From Nitrospinota bacterium (GTDB taxonomy: Bacteria > UBA8248): 20,628 nucleotides of DNA. The number at the start of each line of letters is the position of its first letter. Positions within the stretch are counted from its first letter, which is position 1. Below the pieces are notes generated by a model, which was given only the letters and a program-made list of their open reading frames with translations, had not been told where the DNA came from and searched no databases. A program made the translations under genes and the position numbers. Location of the stretch: NCBI GenBank assembly GCA_046581755.1, contig JAYGFR010000130.1, positions 1 to 20,628 of the forward strand, in the 5' to 3' direction. This document shows positions 8,815-17,265 of the stretch, piece by piece.

Positions 8815-11192
8815 GGCGTGCTCTCTTTCCCGGCGGGTTCGCCATGAGCCGATCGGATCGCCTGAAGGACCTTTTCCGGGGTGATGGGCATGTCGGTCAG
8901 CCACACCCCGATGGCGTCGTGAATGGCGTTCACGATGGCCGGCTTCAGGGCCATGGTCCCTGTTTCCCCCACCCCGCGCGCACCGTAAGGTCCGGTTTCA
9001 ATGGGGTTTTCCACCACATGGCTGATAAATTCGCGCGGAAGGTCGTTGAAGGCGGTCAAGGGATACTCCAGAAAAGAGCCGTTCACCAGACGGCCATCCT
9101 CGATGCGCATAGTCTCGAAGAGGGCAAAACCGATGGTCATCGCCGCCGCCCCCTGGATTTGCTCGATGCAGTGGCGCGGGTTGATCGCGCGGCCTACATC
9201 CGCGGATGAAATCAATTTGGTGACTTTCACGAATCCGGTTTCGGTGTCCACCTCGACCTCGGCGCCGCTGGCTCCGGCAAACCAATGCTCGGTCATCCGG
9301 GGGGTTTGGCCCGTTTCCGGGTCCGATTTGACGGCATGGCCCTGAAAAGTGCCCTCGCCGGTGATTGTGGTTCCAGGCGCGCCGAAGCGCCGGATAAAAA
9401 TCTCGGGGATCGTTATCGAGCGCTCGGGCAGGGAGAGCAAAAACGCCTTGCCGTCCTTGAGCCCGAGCTCCTCGGCGGACACCTCGAGGGATTCGGCGGC
9501 CGTTTCGAGTAATTTTCCGCGAATTTGCCGCGCCGCGGACACCACGGCGTTGCCCATATGGTAGGTGGAACGGCTGCCAGCGGTGAGCGTGTCGAAGGGG
9601 GATTGGTCGGTGTCCGGAGCCGTGACTCGCACCTTCTGAACGTCAAGGCCCAACTCCTCCGCGGCCATCTGGGCGAATATGGTGGTCGCTCCCTGGCCCA
9701 TCTCGACCGTCGCGCTTCGCACGATGGCGCTTCCGTCGCTATTCAACTCGACGATGGCGTTTGAAATCGAGGGAGAGAGGACGGATTTTATTCCCAAGGC
9801 GATTCCCCGCCCCCGGGCGATGGGGCCCGCCCGGTCATGGCCGCTCGCAGGCTCTTTCTCCATGTCCTTGTCTACCGCATCGAGGCAGGCCTTCAGCCCA
9901 ATGGATGTTACGGGGGGGCCCGTGGAGTAGATATCCCCTTCCTCAAGGACGTACTCCCTGCGCAAGGCCACCGGGTCCACGCCCAGCCAATCGGCCACCT
10001 TGTTCATGTGAACTTCGTAGGCAAGAGAAATTTGGGGAACCCCGAAGCCGCGCAGGGGGCCCGAGGGTGTTTTGTTGGTGTAAACGCAAAAGGCGTCCAC
10101 CGAAACGTTGGGGAACCGGTATGGCCCCGGCGCGGTCGAGCCGGTCTTTTGGGCGATTCGAGGTCCCACCTCCGCATAGGCCCCCGCGTCGTAGTAGACC
10201 TCCATCTTGCGGACGGTGATCTTTCCGTCTTTCACCCCGGTCCAAATCTTTGTCGCGGCGCCATGGCGGGAGGAGGTGAAGAAAACTTCCTCACGCCTCA
10301 GGTGGAGCCGCACGGGCCGGCCCGTCACCTTGGCCATGAGGCAGGTCACGGGTTCGAGTTTGTCGTAAATCTTTCCGCCGTAGCTTCCGCCCAGGGGAGG
10401 GACGACCACGCGCACATCCCCCAGGGCAAGCCCGAAGATCCCCGCCAAATCGGCCCGGACAAAAAACGGGCTTTGGGTAGTGCTGTAAATGATGAGCCTC
10501 CCCGAAGGGTCGAACCATGCCGCCACCCCGTGCGGTTCGAGGTGGGCGTGGGAAACGGGCGGGCACAGATAGGTGTCCTCGAATACGCGGTCCGCCTCCG
10601 CCAATGCCTTGCCGGCGTCTCCGTGTCTTTGTTTGTAGTGGGTGCAGATATTGGTGCCCGGGTGCCCGGTCAGCGCCATGAGGTCGGCAAAAGCGCCGGC
10701 GGGCTCGAAGGTCTCATGAACGACGGGCGCTCCCTGTTGCGCCGCCTCGTAGGGGTCCTGCACGTGGGGAAGCTCTTCGTAGGATGCCTCGATGAGGGAG
10801 GCGGCATGTTCGGCCGCTTCGAGGGTTTCGGCGGCGACGGCCGCGATGGGCTCCCCAGCGTAGCGTACTTTTTCGATCGCGAGGATGGGTTGATCCCGAA
10901 AGGCGGGACCGTAGGTTGGCCGGACGTCTTTTGCGGCCGCCAGGTCCGCTCCGGTGAACACCGACACGACGCCCGGAACCGCCCGCGTCGCATCCACATC
11001 CACGCGCAAAAGGTTGGCGTGCGGATGGGTGCTTCGCGCCAGAGCGCAGTGAAGCGCGCCGGGAAACGGCATGTCGGCGAGATAAAAATGCGCGCCGCGA
11101 ACCTTGGCCGGTCCGTCCAGCCGAAGAATATCGTGTCCGACGACGCTCCATTCAATGGATTCGCGGGGGTCCAAGGTTTTCTCCAAGATCAT
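8811..11192 (-). CDS. Xanthine-oxidase-family molybdenum hydroxylase large (Mo-pterin) subunit (CoxL/XdhB-like)
   Basis: Motifs HAHLEPH, STTQSPF, LGGSYGGK, PLRGFG, EMGQG, GSRS, EQIQG and GPYGARGVGE (catalytic Glu retained). Confidence 0.93.
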   Translation of the reverse strand: MILEKTLDPRESIEWSVVGHDILRLDGPAKVRGAHFYLADMPFPGALHCALARSTHPHANLLRVDVDATRAVPGVVSVFTGADLAAAKDVRPTYGPAFRDQPILAIEKVRYAGEPIAAVAAETLEAAEHAASLIEASYEELPHVQDPYEAAQQGAPVVHETFEPAGAFADLMALTGHPGTNICTHYKQRHGDAGKALAEADRVFEDTYLCPPVSHAHLEPHGVAAWFDPSGRLIIYSTTQSPFFVRADLAGIFGLALGDVRVVVPPLGGSYGGKIYDKLEPVTCLMAKVTGRPVRLHLRREEVFFTSSRHGAATKIWTGVKDGKITVRKMEVYYDAGAYAEVGPRIAQKTGSTAPGPYRFPNVSVDAFCVYTNKTPSGPLRGFGVPQISLAYEVHMNKVADWLGVDPVALRREYVLEEGDIYSTGPPVTSIGLKACLDAVDKDMEKEPASGHDRAGPIARGRGIALGIKSVLSPSISNAIVELNSDGSAIVRSATVEMGQGATTIFAQMAAEELGLDVQKVRVTAPDTDQSPFDTLTAGSRSTYHMGNAVVSAARQIRGKLLETAAESLEVSAEELGLKDGKAFLLSLPERSITIPEIFIRRFGAPGTTITGEGTFQGHAVKSDPETGQTPRMTEHWFAGASGAEVEVDTETGFVKVTKLISSADVGRAINPRHCIEQIQGAAAMTIGFALFETMRIEDGRLVNGSFLEYPLTAFNDLPREFISHVVENPIETGPYGARGVGETGTMALKPAIVNAIHDAIGVWLTDMPITPEKVLQAIRSAHGEPAGKESTP

Positions 11193-12064
11193 TCAGTCTG
11201 CTTGCGCCGGCGATCGGCTTCGAGCAGCGCCCGCCGGACGAGGACGGGGGCGATTTCGCGCTTGTACCAGGCGGAACCGGATGCGTCCTCGATGGGGTCG
11301 AGTTGCTGCGCCGCCAGGTCGCCTACTTTCCGCGCCGCGGCCTCGGTAATGACTTTTCCCTGGATGACGGCGTCCACACCCTCCAGCAGGATAGGCGTCT
11401 CGGCCGCTGCGGTCAGAACGACCCGCCCGCTTTCGCAACGGCCGCCGGAGTCCCACCGGAGGAAAACCGCAACGCCGATGCAGGGCCAATCGACCGAGGC
11501 ATGCGAGGTAAATTTCAGATAGTGGCTCGATGCGGCTTGGACGGGGGCGGGGAGATCGATGCCGAGAAGAATTTCGTCTTCTTCCTTGTCGGTCTCGAAA
11601 AATCCCTTGAAGAAATATTCCACGGGAAGGGTCCGCTCTCCTCTCACCGAGCCCAGCCGGATGGACGCCCCGAGTGCGATCAGGGCGCCGGGCGGGTCGA
11701 GCCGGTAGTCTCCGTGCGCCAGGTTTCCTCCCAACGTCGCCGAACAGCGGACCCGGACATTGGCGACGCGGGATAGGGTTTCCGCCAGAAGGGGGTATTG
11801 ACGCACCACGCCGGGGTGCGTCTCGATGGCCCGCAAGGTGGTCATGGCGCCGATGGAGAGGCCGCCCCCTTCGATTTTCGAAATTTCGCCGAGACCCGGA
11901 ATCCGGTGAAGCGAGACGATGTGGGAGGGCGCGAAGATGCGTTGGCGCATCATGGATACAACGGCCGTTCCCCCGGCGATGGGGATGGTCTCGTGGCTGG
12001 CGAGGAGTCTGCTCGCCTCTTCATAGGAGGTGGGTTCGAGAAGCTCGAAACGGGGAATGCCCAT
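11189..12064 (-). CDS. Xanthine-oxidase-family molybdenum hydroxylase medium (FAD) subunit (CoxM-like)
   Basis: FELLEPTSYEEA, IAGGT, IGAMTT, VR..ATLGGNL.H.D...D, and D..GSAWYKR. AGGAG RBS. Confidence 0.92.
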   Translation of the reverse strand: MGIPRFELLEPTSYEEASRLLASHETIPIAGGTAVVSMMRQRIFAPSHIVSLHRIPGLGEISKIEGGGLSIGAMTTLRAIETHPGVVRQYPLLAETLSRVANVRVRCSATLGGNLAHGDYRLDPPGALIALGASIRLGSVRGERTLPVEYFFKGFFETDKEEDEILLGIDLPAPVQAASSHYLKFTSHASVDWPCIGVAVFLRWDSGGRCESGRVVLTAAAETPILLEGVDAVIQGKVITEAAARKVGDLAAQQLDPIEDASGSAWYKREIAPVLVRRALLEADRRRKQTE

Positions 12065-12379
12065 TTTTTCTCCTCTCCCTCACGGGGAGGGAGGGTGAGT
12101 GAGTTTTGGACACGAAACCGAAAAAAATCTAAATGGTGTTTCCTGGAGCCTATGACAATTATGCGTTTTTTGTCCAACGGATTGCCCGGTCGGCGGCAGG
12201 TGGCGAATTACTGAGATGAAGGGGTTTGCTCCCCGCGAATATGGTTTCTGGTCCTGGATGGCTGGATGGGCGCAAATTGGGTCCCCGCGATTGGCCTGGG
12301 CAGGAGATCCGGATATACTCCGGGCATATTTCACATTTGGGATGCGGGTTTTTGGGTCTCTCGCCAAGGAGGGGAGTTC

Positions 12380-13519
12380 TTGTCGGTCGAGTTGGCGTGG
12401 TACATGTCGTGCGATGGGGACAGCGCCCATATCGGTCAACAGTTCGCCGATAATCCTCCCAGTTTCGAGACGTTTACCCGGATCGCCCGGAAGGCCGAAA
12501 AAAGCGGATTCACGACTATCCTGGTTCCCACCTCCCAGGTCAGCGGCCACTACGGCTTCCAGGCCCCGACCTGGGACAGCATAATCAACGCTGCGGTCAT
12601 TGCCCCGGCGACGAGTACCATCAAGCTTCTTCTCGCGGTCCGGACCGGGGTCATTCATCCGGCCATCTGCGCCCGCATGATGGCCTCCCTCGATGAGTTG
12701 AGCGGCGGACGGATTCTCTACAACATCGTGACCGGGGGCGCGGCCCTTTCGAACTACGGGGATGACCTCGATCACGATACGCGCTACGAGCGCACCGATG
12801 AATTTCTGGAGGTGATGGAGGGCCTCTGGACCCAGGATGATTTTTCGTTCGAGGGCAGGTTCTACCAACTGAAGAACGCCTCCGTGTATCCCAAGCCTGT
12901 CCAAAAGCCCAAAATTCCGTTTTTCATGGCGGGAATTTCCGATATCGCCCGAGATATCGCCGTGCGGCGGGGGGATTATTGGGTGTTCTGGGGGGAAACT
13001 CCGGAGCAGGTGAGAGAGCGCGTGGAGAGTATGGAAGAGCTACTCGAGGGGACAGGCCGCAGGCTGAAATACGTGACGCGGTTTCAAATCATCGCACGCG
13101 GCACCGAGGAGGAGGCCTATGAAGCGGCGCAGGAGATTCTCAGCCAGGCGGATCCCGAGGTGCTGGCCCACAGGGGAAAAGTCATTTCCGCCTTTGACAG
13201 CCTGGGAACCCGGGATCAGCAGGCCCGGACGAAAGAGGAAATGGTGGGTCCGAACTTATGGGCCGGAATGGGGCGGATTCGCTCGGGTTCCGCCGTCGCC
13301 ATCGTCGGGTCCTACGAGCAGTGCGCCCGGAAAATTATCGAGATCGAACAGGCGGGGATTCACCTCCTCATCCTCTCGGGGTTTCCCCTCCACTTGGAAT
13401 GCGAGCGCGTCGGGGAGCATGTCATTCCGCTGGTCCGCGAGATGGAACGGGAACTGGGGCTGGTGAACGAAGAAGAAGATACGTTTTTGGCCCTCTCTCA
13501 TGGGGGATCGCGAACCTAA
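12380..13519 (+). CDS. Luciferase-like (LLM) flavin-dependent monooxygenase, SsuD-like
   Basis: Probable TTG start at 12380 behind a strong AAGGAGGGGAG RBS. Motifs W...DGD, LLLAVRTG, NIVTGG, HDTRYERTDEFL, PNLWAG.G..RSG...A.VGS and LILSGFP resemble alkanesulfonate monooxygenase SsuD. Confidence 0.85.
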   Translation: MSVELAWYMSCDGDSAHIGQQFADNPPSFETFTRIARKAEKSGFTTILVPTSQVSGHYGFQAPTWDSIINAAVIAPATSTIKLLLAVRTGVIHPAICARMMASLDELSGGRILYNIVTGGAALSNYGDDLDHDTRYERTDEFLEVMEGLWTQDDFSFEGRFYQLKNASVYPKPVQKPKIPFFMAGISDIARDIAVRRGDYWVFWGETPEQVRERVESMEELLEGTGRRLKYVTRFQIIARGTEEEAYEAAQEILSQADPEVLAHRGKVISAFDSLGTRDQQARTKEEMVGPNLWAGMGRIRSGSAVAIVGSYEQCARKIIEIEQAGIHLLILSGFPLHLECERVGEHVIPLVREMERELGLVNEEEDTFLALSHGGSRT

Positions 13520-13630
13520 CCGGCGCTGAAGTTCTCAAAATGCCGGGTAGGTTGCACGAATCCGGCGATCGAATCGCCGCCGGGGCTCAGTTTCGGAAAT
13601 CATGAATTTATAACTCTATAGAGACTTCGA

Positions 13631-13885
13631 ATGGCTGAAGTGGTGGTGAGGGATCTGATCAAACGCTTCGGCACGGAAACGCTGGCGGTGGACAATATCA
13701 ATTTTACGGTCGGCGAAGGAGAGTTCGTCACATTGCTGGGCCCGAGCGGCTGCGGAAAAACAACGACTCTCCGTTGCATCGCCGGCCGGGAGACGCCCGA
13801 TGGCGGGGACATTCTCATCGGAGGCGAAATGTTTACCTCCAGCAGCCAGGGGGTGTGCTTGCCTCCCGAAAAGCGGCGCCTCGGC
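13631..13885 (+). pseudogene. N-terminal fragment of an ABC transporter ATPase (FbpC/PotA-like)
   Basis: Walker A LLGPSGCGKTTTLRCIAG and LPPEKRRLG are present. Homology stops exactly before the expected MVFQ Q-loop, and there is no LSGGQ signature or Walker B in the remaining ORF. Confidence 0.85.
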
Positions 13886-14804
13886 GGCGGCGGGCAGCGT
13901 TCTCATGCTGATCGCGGTGATAGGGCTTTACATCCAGCGCAAGATTGTCGCGCCGAGAAGCTACGTGACGGTGACGGGCAAAGGCTTCCGCCCGAACCGA
14001 GTCTCTCTGGGGAACTGGAAATATGCTGCGCTGGCCATAAATCTTGCGTATATCGTCATGGCGGTGATACTGCCCCTGGGCGCGTTATTCCTGGCCTCGA
14101 TCAACCGGGCCTGGCTGGGCGGTTTTCGGTGGAGCCAACTCTCTTTCTATAACTGGGATTTCATTCTGTTCTCCTACGACTATGCCATGGATGCGATGAA
14201 GAACAGTTTGATGCTGGGATTTGTCGGCGGCTTCATGACCGTTGTCCTGTGCACATTTCTGGCCATGCTCATTCTTCGGGGGAAAAACAGAAAGCTATCC
14301 GGTGTCGTGGATTACGTGAGTACCCTTCCGATCGGCGTGCCGGGCTTGGTCATGGGCATGGCGTTTCTCATCACCTGGATCAGAACGCCGCTCTACGGTT
14401 TTCCGCTTTTTCTGCTCATGCTGGCCTACATGACGCGCTATCTGCCCTACGGCCTTCGGACAATTACATCGATTCTCCAGTCTCTTAGCGCCGAATTGGA
14501 GGAAAGCTCCCGGGTGTGCGGCGCGTCGTTTATAAGCACGATTCGCCGGGTGACGGTGCCGCTCCTTCGGCCTGGAATATTCGCTGCCTATCTGATGCTT
14601 TTCATAATGTTTATCCGGGAGCTGCCAGTCTCCGCGCTGCTCGCCACCGAGGAAAGCACGCCCATGGCGGTCGCCCTTTATGTCATCAGCGAAAACGAAG
14701 CGCTCGGGGTGGTGGCGGCGTTTGCCTTGGTTCAGACGGTTCTGCTTCTGATCGGAACCATTATTTTCCGGAAGCTGGGAAACATCGAAAAGCTGTCCGT
14801 GTAA
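13878..14804 (+). pseudogene. C-terminal half of an FbpB-type (two-domain) ABC permease
   Basis: It begins mid-protein (AAAGSVLML...YVTVTGKG linker), has several TM helices and one EAA-like motif ELEESSRVCGAS. The N-terminal domain and a credible RBS/start are missing. Confidence 0.8.
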
Positions 14805-14888
14805 TCCGGGCGCCCAGAAAGCATATCGAACATAATCGCCCGGGATCCCACGCTCTTATAAAAGGCGCAATCCAGAGGAGGGTATTTC

Positions 14889-16073
14889 ATGCATCAGGTA
14901 TTGAACGACGAACACCGGGCGCTTCAGCAAATGGCGCGGGATTTCGCCGAAAAAGAGATTATTCCCGTTGCCGCGGAGCGGGACCGCATCCAGGACCCCA
15001 AGGAAACCTTCAGCCCCGAACTCATCAAAAAAGGATCGGCTCTGGGCCTGCGGACGCTCGCCGTGCCCGAGGAGTTCGGCGGACCCGGCGTCGATTTGAA
15101 GGGGCAGGTCTTGGTGATTCTCGAACTGGCCCGCGGGGACGGCGGCGTGGCCAAGACGTTCAGCCAGTGCTGGAAATGGACGCCCATGCTCTGCCGGCTG
15201 GCCACGGACGAGCAGCGCGAGCGCTTTTTGCCGAAATTTCTCGAAGACGACCTCTATCTGCTTGCCATGGCGGGGACCGAACCCGATGCCGGTTCCGACA
15301 ACCGCATGCCGCCTCCCGGCTATCCCAAGGCGGGCTGGAAGACCTCGGCCGTCCGGGACGGCGATGAGTGGGTGATCAACGGGATGAAGCACTTTATCGC
15401 CAACGGCGGCGTCGCCAAGCTCTACATCGTGCGCACGCGCACCAATCCCGACGTCCCCATCACCGAGGGGACGACCATGTTTTTCGTACCCTCCGATACG
15501 CCGGGATTTTCCATCGGCCGCCGTCACGACAAAATCGGCTGGCGCTTCTACCAAAACGCCGAGCTGATTTTTCAGGATTGCCGCGTTCCCGCTTCCAACC
15601 TCCTGGGCGAGTTGAACAAGGGGAAAGGGGACAGCTCCGAGCGATTCGTGAGCTTCAACGATGTCGAACTCGCCGCCAACGTGATCGGAATCTCCCAGGC
15701 GGCCTTTGAGCACGCGCTCAATCACGCCCGGAACCGTTTCCAGGGCGGCAAGCCCATCATCGAACACCAGGCCATAGCGCTGAAGCTCTCGGACATGTAC
15801 ATGCGCCTGGAGGCGTCCAAGAGCTATCTCTTCAATGTGGTGGATAGCAACGAAAACGGGGGGGCCGAATTCGAATCCTCCTCGAAGCAGCTCTTGAAGG
15901 TATTCGCGACCGAATCGGCCATTCAGATTACGCGGCTGGCGGTAGAGATATTCGGCGGCTCCGGCGTCATGCGCGATGCGCCGGTGGAAAAACTCCTGCG
16001 CGACGCGAATATTTTTCCCCATCTGGCGGCTGACTCCATCATGAACCTGAGAGCCGCCGCGAAACTGCGATAA
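14889..16073 (+). CDS. Acyl-CoA dehydrogenase-fold flavoprotein (atypical active site)
   Basis: GAGGAGG RBS. Motifs VPEEFGG.G, TEPDAGSD, WVINGMKHFIANG, DKIGWR, FQDCRVP, R.QGGKPI..HQ and FGGSG.M...PVEKLLRDA. Confidence 0.88.
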   Translation: MHQVLNDEHRALQQMARDFAEKEIIPVAAERDRIQDPKETFSPELIKKGSALGLRTLAVPEEFGGPGVDLKGQVLVILELARGDGGVAKTFSQCWKWTPMLCRLATDEQRERFLPKFLEDDLYLLAMAGTEPDAGSDNRMPPPGYPKAGWKTSAVRDGDEWVINGMKHFIANGGVAKLYIVRTRTNPDVPITEGTTMFFVPSDTPGFSIGRRHDKIGWRFYQNAELIFQDCRVPASNLLGELNKGKGDSSERFVSFNDVELAANVIGISQAAFEHALNHARNRFQGGKPIIEHQAIALKLSDMYMRLEASKSYLFNVVDSNENGGAEFESSSKQLLKVFATESAIQITRLAVEIFGGSGVMRDAPVEKLLRDANIFPHLAADSIMNLRAAAKLR

Positions 16074-16147
16074 GGGCCGCCACGCCTGGCGCTTGACGTG
16101 CGGGCGGGGAGGTTTCGGCCGCCCACCGCATCCGAAAAGGAAATTTT

Positions 16148-17233
16148 ATGCCGGAAAGCAAAATTCATCTGGCCGTCATCCTCGGAGACGGCGTCGGGCA
16201 CGATGTTTTGCCCGTATCGACCGAGGTGATCACGGAGGCCGCGGGCGCCTGCGGCATCGAGGTGACGCACGAAGTATTCGGCTACGGGGCCCAGCGCTAT
16301 CTCGAGGAGGGCTCCCCGCTTCCCGAGGACGTTCCGGCGCTGGTCCGCGATCTCGCCTCCAGGCACGACGCCATCATGTTCGGCAGCGCGGGCCTGGACC
16401 CGCGAATCCCGCCCGATGTGAACTGCCGCGAGCTCCTCAGATATCTCCGCTTCGAGCTGGACCTATTCGTCAATCTCCGCCCCGCGCCCTTGCTCGATCG
16501 GCGGTTCTGCCCCCTGCGGGCGGATTTGCCCATCGACCTGGTGGTGATTCGGGAAAATACCGAGGGCGTCATGATGCGGATGGGGGGCAATTTCAAGATA
16601 AACACGCCGGACGAGGTGGCCATCCAGGAGGACATCAACACCTTTAAAGGGGTCGAGCGCATTTGCCGCTACGCCTTCGAGTATGCCCGCTCCCACGGAT
16701 ATCCCAAGGTGACGATGGCGGACAAGCACGGCTCGCTTGTTCATGCCCACGGCCTCTGGCAGCGGGTGTTCTGGAAACTGTCCGAGGAATTTTCCGATAT
16801 CGAGGCCCAGCACTACTTCATCGATACCCTGTGCATGGACCTCATCCAGCATCCGGATCATTTCGGCGTCATCGTAACCAACAACATGTACGGCGATATC
16901 CTGAGCGACCTTTGCGCCGGGCTGGTCGGAGGCGTGGGCCTCGCCGCCTCGGGATGCCTCCACCCGGGCCGGGTATGCATGTTCGAGCCCGTCCACGGCA
17001 CGGCGCCGGATATCGCCCTGAAAGGGATCGCGAATCCTTTTGCCGCCGTGCTCACCGGCCGGATCATGCTCGATACGCTCGGCCACAAGCGCCCGGCCGA
17101 ACTTATCTGGGCTGCCGTGCTGAGCGCCGTCCGCGACGGAAAGGTCACGGGCGATCTGGGCGGCGACCTGAATACGAAAGCCGTCGGTGATTATTTGTGC
17201 GAGAAAGTCATCGAGTTCGCCAAAGAGCAATAA
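16148..17233 (+). CDS. Isocitrate/isopropylmalate/tartrate dehydrogenase-family (beta-decarboxylating dehydrogenase fold) protein
   Basis: GDGVG, LRFELDLFVNLRP, IRENTEG, NMYGDILSDL and FEPVHGTAPDIA..GIANP. AAGGA RBS. Confidence 0.88.
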   Translation: MPESKIHLAVILGDGVGHDVLPVSTEVITEAAGACGIEVTHEVFGYGAQRYLEEGSPLPEDVPALVRDLASRHDAIMFGSAGLDPRIPPDVNCRELLRYLRFELDLFVNLRPAPLLDRRFCPLRADLPIDLVVIRENTEGVMMRMGGNFKINTPDEVAIQEDINTFKGVERICRYAFEYARSHGYPKVTMADKHGSLVHAHGLWQRVFWKLSEEFSDIEAQHYFIDTLCMDLIQHPDHFGVIVTNNMYGDILSDLCAGLVGGVGLAASGCLHPGRVCMFEPVHGTAPDIALKGIANPFAAVLTGRIMLDTLGHKRPAELIWAAVLSAVRDGKVTGDLGGDLNTKAVGDYLCEKVIEFAKEQ

Positions 17234-17265
17234 AAGAAATTTCGGAGGGTCCGAGGGAGGGCTGG

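Noticed and set aside
8315..8845. N-terminal extension of the 709-aa ORF suggesting a fusion or overlapping gene
   Set aside because: It is an alternative frame of the 2Fe-2S subunit gene with low-complexity R/G/P content. The real start is 8314, with an AGGAG RBS.
9837..11522. Long antisense ORFs (561 aa here; also 3182..4474, 5737..6699, 7157..8329, 14856..16022, 17191..18120)
   Set aside because: They are shadows of well-supported genes on the opposite strand, as expected in high-GC DNA, and show no family motifs.
8326..12064. Aerobic CO dehydrogenase (coxMSL) or 4-hydroxybenzoyl-CoA reductase
   Set aside because: The active-site loop is PLRGFG without the Cu-binding Cys, there are no cox accessory genes, and there is no HcrB-type Fe-S insertion.
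12266..12379. 38-aa N-terminal extension of the LLM ORF
   Set aside because: No homology to LLMs, and a strong RBS precedes TTG 12380.
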